DNA of 63,918 nt, filler included, from Limisphaerales bacterium (lineage in GTDB: Bacteria; Verrucomicrobiota; Verrucomicrobiia; Limisphaerales; SIBE01): NCBI GenBank assembly GCA_044225505.1. It is 3 parts of 3 records of this genome, joined end to end, with 100 filler letters (N's around TTAATTAATTAA, not from the genome) between each part and the next. Parts side by side here need not be neighbours in the genome. Positions count along the whole stretch, not along the records: positions 24,287 to 48,636 come from JBGAIN010000127.1; 2 more parts are not named here. The stretch is one strand, 5' to 3'. Below, in pieces: positions 36,720 to 47,538 of the stretch (positions within the stretch are counted from its first letter, which is position 1; each line of letters opens with the position of its first letter). The notes below the pieces were generated by a model. It searched no databases, was not told the origin of the DNA, and saw nothing but the letters and a program-made list of their open reading frames with translations. The translations under genes and the position numbers were made by a program.

Positions 36720-37376
36720 ATGGCACTTCGCTTAGGAGATACTGCGCCCGATTTTACCGCTCAGACCACGGAAGGTTCCATCAGTTTCCACCAATGGCTC
36801 GGAGATGGCTGGGGCGTCCTCTTTTCCCATCCTGCGGACTTTACGCCTGTCTGCACGACCGAGCTTGGCGCCGTCGCCAAGATCAAGAGCGAGTTTGCGA
36901 AACGCAACACGAAGGTGCTTGCCGTCAGCGTCGATGCTTTGGATTCCCACCAGAAGTGGATTAAAGACATCGATGAAACGCAGGCGTGCACCATGAATTT
37001 CCCGATCATCGCGGATCCGGACCGCAAAGTGGCGATGGCCTACGATATGATCCATCCCAATGCGGACGACAAAGCGACCGTCCGATCGGTCTTCATCATC
37101 GGGCCCGACAAGAAGATCAAGCTGACCCTCACTTATCCCGCGAGTACGGGACGCAACTTTGCCGAAATCCTGCGCGTTATCGACTCGTTACAACTGACCG
37201 CCAAGCATCGAGTGGCGACTCCGGCCAATTGGAAGAATGGTGAAGATTGCATCGTGGTTCCAGCCGTGACCGACGAAGCGGCCGCCACGCTTTTCCCGGC
37301 TGGAATGCGGAAGGTTAAGCCCTACCTCCGTTACACCCCTCAGCCCGCTCCCCAGCCCGCCTCGAGCAAACCTTAA
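36720..37376 (+). CDS. 1-Cys peroxiredoxin (Prx6 family)
   Basis: FSHPADFTPVCTTE, YPASTGRNF, ATPANW. Confidence 0.95.
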   Translation: MALRLGDTAPDFTAQTTEGSISFHQWLGDGWGVLFSHPADFTPVCTTELGAVAKIKSEFAKRNTKVLAVSVDALDSHQKWIKDIDETQACTMNFPIIADPDRKVAMAYDMIHPNADDKATVRSVFIIGPDKKIKLTLTYPASTGRNFAEILRVIDSLQLTAKHRVATPANWKNGEDCIVVPAVTDEAAATLFPAGMRKVKPYLRYTPQPAPQPASSKP

Positions 37377-37633
37377 CGACGCTAGGTCGCTGCCGTGAGT
37401 CTGAGCTAGCCTCCTGAGACTCCCGATCACGGGGAAGAGACGTGGTTGGGAACGGATGAGGTCAGCCGCTGGAACTTCGATGAAACGCGGCCGTGGCGAA
37501 GACCGGCCACAGGCTTTCACTGGTTGTTCCGCTGCCAAGGAACCGCTGTCGCATCCATTCCAACAAAAAGATTGGCTCGATGGTCCGAGCTTGGCGAGGT
37601 ACTCTGAACGTCGCACAGTAACCTTGTCGTTTC

Positions 37634-38551
37634 ATGAATGGAAAACTCTGGCGCACCGTTCAGCGATTCTGCCATGGCAGCGATTTTGATCCCGAGGCAT
37701 TCGAAGCCTTTGCGCAAATTGTGGAAGAGGAGGGGGAGAATGACGTCCGTCAAGGTGTGACCGGCTGGAATGACGCCAAACTGGAACGTTTGAGCCTGCT
37801 CATGAGCGGGACTCTCGACACCGTCGATCATCCTCGGAAAGCGGGAGGCGTCCTGCAATGCCAAGGGCTTTACGTTACTGGCGCTGAGGGGTCTTTACGC
37901 CTTTTGGGCGGGCGCGAGATTCCACCCGAGGTTCGCAGTGAGATGGCCGAGTTACTGGATGAGTCATTGCAGGATCAAACCCAGTTAATTGTCGGAAGCC
38001 ACGTCGTTCCTGTGACTTGGGTCCACAGCTTTACTTGGAAGCAATGGCGCGCCGCGCTGAGTCGTCACGGCGCTATGTTCAGCCCTCCCGGCCGGGTGCA
38101 ACCGAAGCAAGCGACTGAGGCTCAAGGCTGGATCCTTCCCATCTTTTTCGATAAGGATGACATCCAGACCGATTTGGAAGCCGATGCTGCTGCCGCCGGG
38201 ATCAGCGGCCTTGGCTTGAGGCTGGCGGAGTCGCTCGCGCGCTATTTCCGCCGCGTTCCCGGTGGGTTGCCTGACGACGTTTCTATTCACCCCGTTATGG
38301 CTGCAGCCCATAGCTGTTGGATGCATGCGAAAATAATCGCGATCCACGATTGGGCCAGACGGATTCAAACCCGCGCCCAAGCTAGCAGTCTCCAGTTGCG
38401 CTTCGAGGAAGCGCCGCAACGAGGGTCAGTGCAAGTGAAAAATATGTCGTCCGGAGAACTCGTTGCAGCGCTCGAGGCGGACGCTTCATTCCCGGTGGAT
38501 GGTACAGGGATGGTGCTGCAGTTGATCACGCAAGGCCCAGTCAGCACCTGA
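37634..38551 (+). CDS. Hypothetical protein
   Basis: 305-aa ORF with plausible composition; no recognised motif. Confidence 0.6.
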   Translation: MNGKLWRTVQRFCHGSDFDPEAFEAFAQIVEEEGENDVRQGVTGWNDAKLERLSLLMSGTLDTVDHPRKAGGVLQCQGLYVTGAEGSLRLLGGREIPPEVRSEMAELLDESLQDQTQLIVGSHVVPVTWVHSFTWKQWRAALSRHGAMFSPPGRVQPKQATEAQGWILPIFFDKDDIQTDLEADAAAAGISGLGLRLAESLARYFRRVPGGLPDDVSIHPVMAAAHSCWMHAKIIAIHDWARRIQTRAQASSLQLRFEEAPQRGSVQVKNMSSGELVAALEADASFPVDGTGMVLQLITQGPVST

Positions 38552-38898
38552 CGGGACGCCAAGAGGGTCTCGCCAACGCTCCGGAAAAGCAGTGGAGAAT
38601 GGAGCTGCTTCTCGTGACAACAAAACTCAGTCGATTCGATTTCGATCGGAACGCGGAATTTATTCCGCCGAAAGCTTCGACTGGCGGACTGCGCCTGAAA
38701 TAATCCACAGCCTGCCCTTCGCGCGCCCGTTCCGGCGGACCGGAAATCCGCGTTCCACAAAATCTCGCGAAGCGCAGTGGTTTAGTCGTGCCGCGGCAGC
38801 GTCATGGAGTGTTTCAGACCCCGGGAGCTTTATTTTTGATTGGGAAATCTTCGGAGCTGCCGCGCCCGATAGGAGCTTGCTGATTCGTCAGCAGACTC

Positions 38899-39645
38899 CT
38901 AGCACCGCTGTTTTATCGCTCTGGCGCTGTGGCCCGGGAGCACGAACAACTGCACATGGGCATGCAATGATTCGACTTTCTCGGTGAGCAGGTCGTGCGC
39001 TGCTTTCTGGCTGAGAAGAACGAGCAGTTCGCCAAACGCATCCTGGATCAAACGGCACTGGGTCGCGCGGTTGAGCTTCGGCAACGGTGCCGCAGTCTCC
39101 GTCTTTGGCTTGATTTCCAACGCTTCAATCGCGCTTTTCACAATGCGTTCGGTGATGCGCTGGCGACCGGCCATTTGCACGGCGCATTCCCAGGCCAGTT
39201 GCACTTGATCTGGCGTTAAGCCAATCAACGGACGCACTTGAGCTTCGTTATCGGGCGGTCGTTGGTGACATTTTGTCGCCAACTCGCTGACGACTTGCGC
39301 CGCTAAGACCAATCGATTCGCGTAATGACGGCCGTAGCCCCACCGGGCTCTGCAATAGGCCTCGAAATTGTCATAGTCGACGCGGTACAGCTGGGCATCA
39401 CGGATCTCACCAAGAGCCAGACCAACGTCGACAAAGCCGTTCCAGCCTTTGGCAATGACGGTTTCGCAAGCGGCAAACTTGGCTTGCTCGACCTCGGAAA
39501 GCTTATCCACGGCGCCGAGGATCCCGACCGAAGTAACGGCAGTGTCCTGTGCGGGCGGTGCTACTGCTGGGTCTCCGTCGGATGGAACGGAAGGAGCCGT
39601 CACCGAGGTGGGGAAGGGTTCAGTCGTTTCAGAGGTGATCGTCAT
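38899..39645 (-). CDS. Hypothetical protein with phage/mobile-element-type helical domain (DUF3102-like)
   Basis: FVDVGLALGEIRDAQLYR..FEAYCRARW..ANRL..NEAQVRPL. Confidence 0.7.
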   Translation of the reverse strand: MTITSETTEPFPTSVTAPSVPSDGDPAVAPPAQDTAVTSVGILGAVDKLSEVEQAKFAACETVIAKGWNGFVDVGLALGEIRDAQLYRVDYDNFEAYCRARWGYGRHYANRLVLAAQVVSELATKCHQRPPDNEAQVRPLIGLTPDQVQLAWECAVQMAGRQRITERIVKSAIEALEIKPKTETAAPLPKLNRATQCRLIQDAFGELLVLLSQKAAHDLLTEKVESLHAHVQLFVLPGHSARAIKQRC

Positions 39646-40365
39646 GGGAGAGGCAGAGGGTTTGGGAGGGGTTGTGTTGTGAGTTCGGAGGTGAGGTCAA
39701 ACGGGGGCGGGCGTTCCTTTTCAGCTTTGACGGAGCGTCGTCGTCTCGATGGCCGAGCGTCAGTACTTTAGTCTGTGGCATAGCAGGGCAGGGCGTAGGG
39801 ATCGGAACGGGTCTGACGCACGGTCAAACTCTCGGTCCTTCATCCGCAACCCTTGCGGTGCGCCGACGGAGGAGTTGCCTTCCATCAGCGGCCGCTGATT
39901 TCACGAATTCACGGCGTTGTCATTCGTCATGGAGCAACCTCCTTTTCCGTAGCGGACCGAGTGTAACGAGCGGCCAAAGTGGGCGTCGCTACCGATCGGA
40001 CCGAGGTAGATCCATGGCCGAAAAAGTAGCATGCGGCGTTCCAGCTGAGATCGAGCACTTTAAGACAGGCTCTAAGGCTGCCTCGCCCGAATCCGATCTT
40101 CCATCCGCTGGAGTTCGGCCATCTCGCACTCGGATCGTCGGACGCAGAATTCTTGATGGACCGCAGTTGCTCGTGGCCCAAAGGATGGGAGTGAATGTTC
40201 CTGGGCTGATGAGACCCTAGCAAGGACCCTATGAGACCTATCGCGATAGGGGTCTCATGCTGTTTGCATTGGGCTCTAATTGGGTTGGAGCGAACCTGGA
40301 GGCGATCGCCTGGCACAGATTGCCCGGCATTGCCGCATCTTCCGTCTGAGGAGGAGGGATGAACT

Positions 40366-40947
40366 ATGGCTACACTAGACCCAAATACACTCATTGGAAT
40401 CCTTCGCGGTCACCTCGGCGATCTGGTCTTCGTTCCAGCGCGCGACGGCACTGTGATCGTCAAACATCGGCCCGTGCGAACTGCGGAATTCACGGACGGT
40501 GAGCGGCGAGGGCAGAACGGCTTTTCAAAAGCAGCGGCTTATGTGAAGCGCGTGCGGCAGCAGCCGGAAATCTATGCGCTTTACCAAGCCGCGGCCCGCG
40601 CGGCCCGGAAACGAGCTTGTGACTTGGCGCACAAGGACTTTCGGCTTCCGCCCGTGATTGAAGACGTGGACCTTTCCACTTACCGCGGCTCGCGGGGCGA
40701 CTCGATCCGCATTCGAGCGGTGGATGATTTCGCGGTCGCTTCGGCCTCGGTTTCACTGGCGCGCCTGGATGGTGTGATCCTGGAACACGGCGCAGCTCGC
40801 ACCGACGGGAATGGGCTGACGTGGCTTTACGTCACTCAGACGGAAATCTCTCTGGGGCAGACCATTCTGGTGCACGTGACCGTTTCGGACTGGCCGGGCA
40901 ACCAAGTCACGAAGACCTGCCATCACGCGCTCATCACGCCGACCTGA
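40366..40947 (+). CDS. Hypothetical protein (basic DUF6266-like N-terminus, Ig-like C-terminus)
   Basis: Strong RBS GAGGAGG; LRGHLGDLVF...FSKAAAY; IRAVDDF..V.VSDWPGN. Confidence 0.75.
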   Translation: MATLDPNTLIGILRGHLGDLVFVPARDGTVIVKHRPVRTAEFTDGERRGQNGFSKAAAYVKRVRQQPEIYALYQAAARAARKRACDLAHKDFRLPPVIEDVDLSTYRGSRGDSIRIRAVDDFAVASASVSLARLDGVILEHGAARTDGNGLTWLYVTQTEISLGQTILVHVTVSDWPGNQVTKTCHHALITPT

Positions 40948-41413
40948 TCGCCGGCGCAGACCCTCCGATCGCAACCGACGAGCGCGGCCGCCGGACTCGG
41001 CGAACGCCCGTCGTCGGACGGGCCGATGTCTATGGACAAGGCACGAATGGCGCCGGAATCGTGCGGGCTTTTTTGTGATTGAGCGCACGTGGTAAGGCGC
41101 GAAGTCCAAGCCGCTTAAGCGGCTTTAGCGTTCTTGGAAATGCGAATTCGGTGGCGCCAACCTGAGGGGGTGTAGGGGGTGAAATTCCAATTATGAGACG
41201 TTTCAGTCCTGATTTGAGACGCGTTTGGGCCGAATTTTACCACGAATTGCCGCACTTCATCCGGTAAATCGGAAAAAACTGCGGTTTTATCAAACCTGCT
41301 TTTGTGGCATTTCGGATGCTCTTGCTGGATCGCTGGCGGACGAACGGTCGCGCTTCAGGTGACATTTTGTCTCCGACGCTTATCCGCGAATTGAATCTCG
41401 CGACGCGCACTCG

Positions 41414-41482
41414 GGCGATACGCTTACGCGAAGGATCGGAAGCTGACGTCGTATCCGGGGGAAGATACCGAGACCGATACCG
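41414..41482. repeat. ~69-bp direct repeat, copy 1
   Basis: GGCGATACGCTTACGCGAAGGATCGGAAGCTGACGTCGTATCCGGGGGAAGATACCGAGACCGATACCG. Confidence 0.9.
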
Positions 41483-41733
41483 CAATGTCCTCAATTTGTG
41501 AACCGGATGTGCAACAAATCCCGCCGTGGACGGTTTTTGGGAGAACGGCTTGGCCCCATCCGACTAGGGACGCCAGTAGGACGGGGCTCGCGGATGGGAT
41601 CAATTTGCGCTTGAAGTGTGTGCGACCTCAGGAACATTCCACGTAGCCAATGCGACAGTGGTGGACCGCCCTCGCCGCTCCGTGCTATCCTCAGCTGCTT
41701 GCCTGATCTGCGCCTTTTTGATAACCTTACCTC

Positions 41734-41955
41734 ATGGTAGGAGATATCCGCCAGCATCTCCGAATAGCGCCGTTTGAGCCGTTCACGATCGTGACGACGA
41801 GCGGGGCGCGGTATCCGGTTCCCACCGCGGATCACGTCGGGCTCAACCCTCGAGGCAGTCGAGTGGTCGTTTGGTTCGACGACGACAGTAGCGTTACCAT
41901 CTCCGGTCTGCACATTGCCGCCCTTGAACAGGGGTTACCAAGGCGCAACGGGTAG
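41734..41955 (+). CDS. Small conserved hypothetical protein (PVC-type PF.PF family)
   Basis: 73 aa; IAPFEPFTIVTTSGARYPV..ADHV. Confidence 0.75.
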   Translation: MVGDIRQHLRIAPFEPFTIVTTSGARYPVPTADHVGLNPRGSRVVVWFDDDSSVTISGLHIAALEQGLPRRNG

Positions 41956-42157
41956 GGCGAACCGGCCGCTGGAGGTAGCGCCGAGTGAGTCAAAAACAGG
42001 GGATTCGTAACGGAATTCGAATGGATTCTTAGATTGTCTTCGGACCGCGGGAAATGGCTGAGCAGGGGAGGGAATAAGTTCGATGAAGCGAGCTCTAGAG
42101 GGGGCATGACGAGGCTGAGCTGGATCGTAGCGCTGCCGGCGAAACTCGGACAGGAAT

Positions 42158-42225
42158 GGCGATACGCTACGCGAAGGATCGGAAGCGGACGTCGTATCCG
42201 GGGGAGGATACCGAAACCGATACCG
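42158..42225. repeat. ~68-bp direct repeat, copy 2
   Basis: Same as copy 1 with one deletion and three substitutions. Confidence 0.9.
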
Positions 42226-42356
42226 ACTTCACAAAGGAAACACGCTGCTAATGAACCGCCAGCCATTGGCGCGTGTCGCCAAGCGAAAGCTTCGACAGGG
42301 CGTTCACGCTTCAGCAGTATTCTCTCGGCCAGTCCCTGGATCAAAAAGCATTGAAA

Positions 42357-43688
42357 ATGGTTAAAAGAATCTGGACGCTCTATTTCAATAGTTGGTGGCT
42401 ACCGGCGCTTGTTTACATTTGCCTTCTTTGTGGGCTTACGCTCATGGCAATTTCGCGATGGCAGCCGCTGGCTTTTGCGTCGAATGGACTGTTCTGCGCA
42501 GCAGCGCTCGCGTTCTTGGGACTCGTTGTTGCCTCCGTAGGGAACTTGATGAGGAAACGCTGGGGCAATGGCATCATCAATCTCGTTCTCGTTTTGGTCT
42601 GCGGCGTGGTTACTCTGATCGTTTTCAGCTCGGTGCTGTTTGCGTCCATGTTCGGTCCGAGCGAAGACGGATTTGCCGACAACTTGACGATTCCTGAAGG
42701 GATCGAGATTGCCGAGCCAGCGGCGGAGGCAGGCAATTTAATGGAGGCAAGCACGACAAAAGGAACCGATGAGCTGCAGGACTCCGTTCGCCAGGCTTTG
42801 ACTGTCGCTGGCGGGGACGCAACGGAATTCACGCCGGACATGCCGTCGCTACGCAACGCGGCGACGGATCACGCCAGGACATTCCTGGAGTACATCGAGG
42901 CTTCACCAGACTGGCATGTGTTCATAGAGCAGGGAAACCGTTTTGCGGCAAGGCGCTGGAGTCACGGAGGGGAACCACGGGATACCTTGCACGGTTATAT
43001 CTCGGAATTCGCGGGCGATGCCGGCTTCCAAACCCGCTGTCTGTTGTGTCTGGATCGCAAGCCGTGGAGCAGGTATTCGGTGCAGCATGTCCAGGAGGGA
43101 AAGACTTCCGCCAAACCGCAGATGACCCGGGACAATAATCTCCACGAGAGTCGGGTGATGATTGAGTGTGGAGGAGTGTGGGTGGAGATTTTCGAACAGT
43201 CCGGCAAACCCGAACGGCGCGTCACCAAAGCCACCGTGGCTGCTTTGGAGAAAGAATTTTCGGCGTTTGAGAGAGATCCCAAAGCAGCCCTGGAGCGAGT
43301 CCGCGGCGGATCCCGCGCATTGGCAACTCGCCTCGCAGGCAACGATGGCCATCCGTTCCGATTGCTGATCGGAATGCAGCCGGGAATCTACGGGGTGGCC
43401 TATTCGCTCAATCCGGGTGAACCGGGCTCAGTTTATTTGAAAGCGTTCGAAGTCACGAAGGGCACACCATTATCGGTCGATCAACTGGAAGCGGTATCGA
43501 AAACGCGCATGACATGGTCAATCGAGCCGGCGGAACGATTCGGAGCCAAGGCAGGGTTCACGATTTACGAAGGCGACTGGGGTAAACCTTACGCCGCCCG
43601 CTTCGAAGTCTGGTTTAAACCCGATGCGGGCAGAACCGAACGCAAGCTCGCCGAACGCATCTTCAAAATCGAAGGTTGGCAGCGATGA
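42357..43688 (+). CDS. Membrane protein (3 N-terminal TM helices) with large extracytoplasmic domain
   Basis: Start reassigned to MVKRIW; DGFADNLTIP, QPGIY, FTIYEGDWGKPYAARFEVWF. Confidence 0.78.
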   Translation: MVKRIWTLYFNSWWLPALVYICLLCGLTLMAISRWQPLAFASNGLFCAAALAFLGLVVASVGNLMRKRWGNGIINLVLVLVCGVVTLIVFSSVLFASMFGPSEDGFADNLTIPEGIEIAEPAAEAGNLMEASTTKGTDELQDSVRQALTVAGGDATEFTPDMPSLRNAATDHARTFLEYIEASPDWHVFIEQGNRFAARRWSHGGEPRDTLHGYISEFAGDAGFQTRCLLCLDRKPWSRYSVQHVQEGKTSAKPQMTRDNNLHESRVMIECGGVWVEIFEQSGKPERRVTKATVAALEKEFSAFERDPKAALERVRGGSRALATRLAGNDGHPFRLLIGMQPGIYGVAYSLNPGEPGSVYLKAFEVTKGTPLSVDQLEAVSKTRMTWSIEPAERFGAKAGFTIYEGDWGKPYAARFEVWFKPDAGRTERKLAERIFKIEGWQR

Positions 43689-43842
43689 AGACGCGTGGGA
43701 TTTCCTTGGATTCTTGAGTGGCCCGGGCAGATTTCACACGTCGTGGGACTTGGCGAAATCATGGTGGTTAGCGAAAGGCTATACGTAATTCCGAACTGAT
43801 CGTCGAGCTGTCCCATGGGCAACCAGCCAAAACCTGCGGCTG

Positions 43843-44547
43843 ATGCTGCGCCGGCAGCCGCGCCTGGTTCTTAGTGACGGACCGCGGCTGTATCGGAACG
43901 ATCAGCCGCAGCATGAAGTGTTGGCAACTGCATTCGTGGAAGGCTTCCGATTGGCAACGCGAAATGAAGTGCTGCAGCTCTTCCACGATCCCGGTGCCTC
44001 CGGAATGGTTTCCGGTTGGAATCCTTCTGACGCCCCGGCCGCAAGCCAGCTCTTGTCCCTGGCCGGAACTACTCTTCCGCAGTTGGACCTCGATCGAAGC
44101 TGGATGTTTTATGATGCTTCGACGGAACCCTCCTTACCGGCTTCGTCTTATGTGCTGGCTGCCGTCTTCGGCATACGGAGAGCGCAGGGAGGCGACCAGG
44201 GAACTTTCACGATTCCAGGAATCTTTCCGTTACGGGATTACAGTTCCGGCGAAATGGCCAGTGCTATGGTCAGAGTGGTTCCGGAACCTTCTGTTTCGCT
44301 CTTGTTCCTGATCGCCGTCAGTGTAACTCTGGCTTCCCCAGCGGCGCTACACAGCAGATCCTCAGCTGGGGCTCGGAAAGCTCGGCCTGCAGCGGCGCTA
44401 TCCCCATTCTTGACTCGCGCCGACGCTGCCGGTCGTTTGGCCAGACAGAATACCGGTCAAAGCGAAGCGGTGAGTGTGCTGAGTTTCTCACTGTTCCGCT
44501 CCGCCGGACCCTCCGATCCGCCCGATTATGGCATCGGAGGGCAGTAA
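43843..44547 (+). pseudogene. Degenerate PEP-CTERM-type surface protein lacking an N-terminal signal peptide
   Basis: GFRLATRNEVLQLF, then VVPEPS plus a hydrophobic segment followed by an abnormally long tail. Confidence 0.5.
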
Positions 44548-44743
44548 AAGTATGTAAGAGTTTCTAACTGCACCCCCTGAAGAGTATGAACAATCGGCAT
44601 ACTGTGTGTGTGAGTGACGGCCCATCAACGAGTTGTAAGAGTTGCTCATACTTTTTCCAGCTGTAAGAGTATGCGCGCTTTCGAAGGCAACGCCGGCAAG
44701 GCGTGCCGCGCTTGGGCGGGCGCTGTCAAAACTCGGTAACGAC

Positions 44744-47440
44744 ATGCAATCAACCTGTTTCGCGCGTTCCCAGCAATCGATCGCGCTTTCTACGCTGTTC
44801 GTTTATCGCGCTCTCGTCTGCACAATCTCACTATTCTGCCGAGGTGCGGAGTTGAAGCCCGTTTTTCCCGGAACGGAAGGGGAAGCAGCTTTCCGCGATC
44901 TGGAAATTTACTATAGAACTGCCAAGGAGCCCGAATACAGGGGCGCACTTGACGGTCTCAAATCGCCGCAGGTTGCTACCGCTCTTAAATCCGGACGATA
45001 TCTCGCGTCGCTTTTTCAGCAAAGTTCGGCCGACGAACAGAACGGCCGAGCGACATGGCGCTCGGTGCCATACTGGGGCGGAGGCGCCGAATCGCCCGCT
45101 CGGGAATTCCGCAGGGCCCTTGCGAAGCAGTTTGGTGAAAGTGCGAGTGGGCCAGCAGCATTTTTGGCAATGGAATGGGCGCTTACGCACGAGGAGCTTG
45201 CGGATATTCTGGCAGAGGTTGCGGGGGTACTGCCGAGAATTAAATCACCAGAAGCAGATGCTTTCGTCGGCAAGCTATTATCCCCGCCGCACCCGAACGG
45301 TCGCGTGCTTGTGGTTGCTGTTCGTGAGGCAGCACGTCGGAAGCTTCATCGGTTGGAACCAACTGTCCGAGACCTGTGCTACCATCACCGAACGGCCGTT
45401 CGTGAGGCAGCCCGGGAAGCTGCAGCGGCTTTGGAGATCCGCGGCATCCCGCCATTCAAACCAACCGATGCATTGAGCCCATGGTTAACAGTGCAGGCCC
45501 AGCGCTTCTCTGAAATGGTAGTCACCGCTATCCCGACCAATGCCACATGGTGCGAACTCGCGGTTACGAACTTGGCTAGCCGGACCGGAAGAGAATCGAT
45601 GGTCACGCGCTTTTCGGGTTGGCTCATATCGGAAACCCAAGAGGACCTGAAAGTCATTGATTGGTTTGGAAACGAGCGGGTCCTGCTGCGCAGCCAATCG
45701 AGCATTGCGCCGCTTGCTCTAGCGGAACAAGCGAGCCGGCTCTCCGACCTGGAGCGACAATCTGAGGAAAAGAAGGATCGCTCGCTTCGGGAGCATCTCT
45801 CGCGCGAGGGTGGTCTCACAGCGCAATTCGAACCCCGGTTTGTCGACATCCCCTCAGCACTTGTCGGAAGCTGGTGCTATCAACGGGGGGAAAACGAAGG
45901 CTGCGCCGCCTTGTGGCTCCCGCTCCTGGATAAAGCCGCGGATGACCGCTGGTTCACCTTTGCCGTTCGTGACCTACTCGGACACAACTACTTTCAAGCC
46001 ATGCTGGTCGAGTTCTCGTACGAGCGAGACTACGATCGGGCTCAGAGATTCGCGACTCATCTGAGTAAACCAGTCTTTGACGGCTATTGTTACCAGGAGA
46101 TCGCGCTTCGCCTAAGCGCTCAACTCGCCCGACGAGGCGAGGACTTCAAAACATTGACCCTACCCACGCCAACTGACTGGGCCGGCCTGAGGAAAACAAT
46201 GACGAGAGGTGAACAAATTGAGTTTCTCGTAAAATGCCTCCGCCTTCTGAATTGCATCCAATGGGGCCAACCCGGAGGCGTTGACTATCACGATGAACAA
46301 TACTCGCTGCCAACTAGGCGCTTGGCACGGACCGAACGTGAGAAATTCGTTGTCATCAATCCGTATAATGAACTGCAGCACCTTAAGCTCGCGGTCGCGG
46401 AATTGGTGCCCCTCGCTCCCGCTTTGAAAGACGAGAACTTCATCCCAACTTTCAGCTACTGGCGTGACTTCCATCCAAGCCGAACCGTCCATCAGGTTAA
46501 CTGGTTGGTGGCGGATGTTATCAATGCCGTGGCGAAGCGAGCGCTTGCTGATGTTGAAGGGTGGGACCATTTGCCCCCTGGTGACAAGGATGAAGAGGTA
46601 GCGAAAGTGATTCGCTGGTGTCGGGCCAATTCCGGGAAGTCCGAGGCTGAGCTTTTACTCGAGAGCATCGCTCAGGCCGATCGATGGTACTTCCTTGAGA
46701 AGGCTGCTGGCGAAGCAGTAAGGCTGAAGACACTGGATTCGGTTCCGGCCTTACTCGCAAGGGAAAAGGACTTTCCTGACCGTCGAAGCGACATTGCAGA
46801 ACTGGCGTTCTACAGTGGGAGCCCGGAAGCGCAGTCTCGTGCTCGCGAGTGGATCCAGGACACCAACCTCGAAGTCAGGTTCTGGGGAACGCTGATCCTG
46901 CTTAAACACGACCCGGGCTCCCCTTCAAAATCCCTTTCACTCCTTAAGACTGACCTTGAATCCACGGACGGTGTCGACCTCTACACACGAGCCGTCGAGC
47001 CGCTGTTGGAATTGAACGATGAGAAAGCTGCCGAACTCGCTTGCGGAATTTTGGAGAGGCCGAAATTCATCTATGATTGGAATGCTCGCGCCATTACGCG
47101 TTTCCTCTTTCTGGCCAAGCGAAAGGAGGTTCTCGACTGGCTCCTCAAGGGTATGGATGACCTGTCACACGCCGGGGCTACTAGCGGCGAATGGCAGCAA
47201 AAACGAATCTCACGTGACCAGGTGCGCGGCGATTACGTCGCCAAATTCTTCGAGGATTGGCGAACGGATGGATGGACTTACCCTACTTTGGCTCCCGATG
47301 ACGAACGCGCCAAGGTGCGGCAAGAGCTCAAAGCATGGCTCCGCAGGCAATTCGACCTTCTTCTTCGAGGTGAGCGCAGCGAGATCAAACCTAAGGATCG
47401 ATCGTTGCAGTTCAGCCGCTGGCAAATCGATGCCCCCTGA
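44744..47440 (+). CDS. Large alpha-helical (HEAT-repeat-like) hypothetical protein, possibly exported
   Basis: Start reassigned to MQSTCF; HEAT-like AVREAAREAAAAL and LEVRFWGTLILL. Confidence 0.7.
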   Translation: MQSTCFARSQQSIALSTLFVYRALVCTISLFCRGAELKPVFPGTEGEAAFRDLEIYYRTAKEPEYRGALDGLKSPQVATALKSGRYLASLFQQSSADEQNGRATWRSVPYWGGGAESPAREFRRALAKQFGESASGPAAFLAMEWALTHEELADILAEVAGVLPRIKSPEADAFVGKLLSPPHPNGRVLVVAVREAARRKLHRLEPTVRDLCYHHRTAVREAAREAAAALEIRGIPPFKPTDALSPWLTVQAQRFSEMVVTAIPTNATWCELAVTNLASRTGRESMVTRFSGWLISETQEDLKVIDWFGNERVLLRSQSSIAPLALAEQASRLSDLERQSEEKKDRSLREHLSREGGLTAQFEPRFVDIPSALVGSWCYQRGENEGCAALWLPLLDKAADDRWFTFAVRDLLGHNYFQAMLVEFSYERDYDRAQRFATHLSKPVFDGYCYQEIALRLSAQLARRGEDFKTLTLPTPTDWAGLRKTMTRGEQIEFLVKCLRLLNCIQWGQPGGVDYHDEQYSLPTRRLARTEREKFVVINPYNELQHLKLAVAELVPLAPALKDENFIPTFSYWRDFHPSRTVHQVNWLVADVINAVAKRALADVEGWDHLPPGDKDEEVAKVIRWCRANSGKSEAELLLESIAQADRWYFLEKAAGEAVRLKTLDSVPALLAREKDFPDRRSDIAELAFYSGSPEAQSRAREWIQDTNLEVRFWGTLILLKHDPGSPSKSLSLLKTDLESTDGVDLYTRAVEPLLELNDEKAAELACGILERPKFIYDWNARAITRFLFLAKRKEVLDWLLKGMDDLSHAGATSGEWQQKRISRDQVRGDYVAKFFEDWRTDGWTYPTLAPDDERAKVRQELKAWLRRQFDLLLRGERSEIKPKDRSLQFSRWQIDAP

Positions 47441-47538
47441 AAACCAGTGGGCGACTCGCGGCAAAGTGGCGCGAGTTCGGCTCGACCTGGACCGGCAGCT
47501 TTGATACCGATGACTTCACGCAGGGAAGTTAGCTGGCC

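Noticed and set aside
41956..47538. Possible second integron array among orphan genes
   Set aside because: No RYYYAAC...GTTRRRY palindromes found at the gene ends
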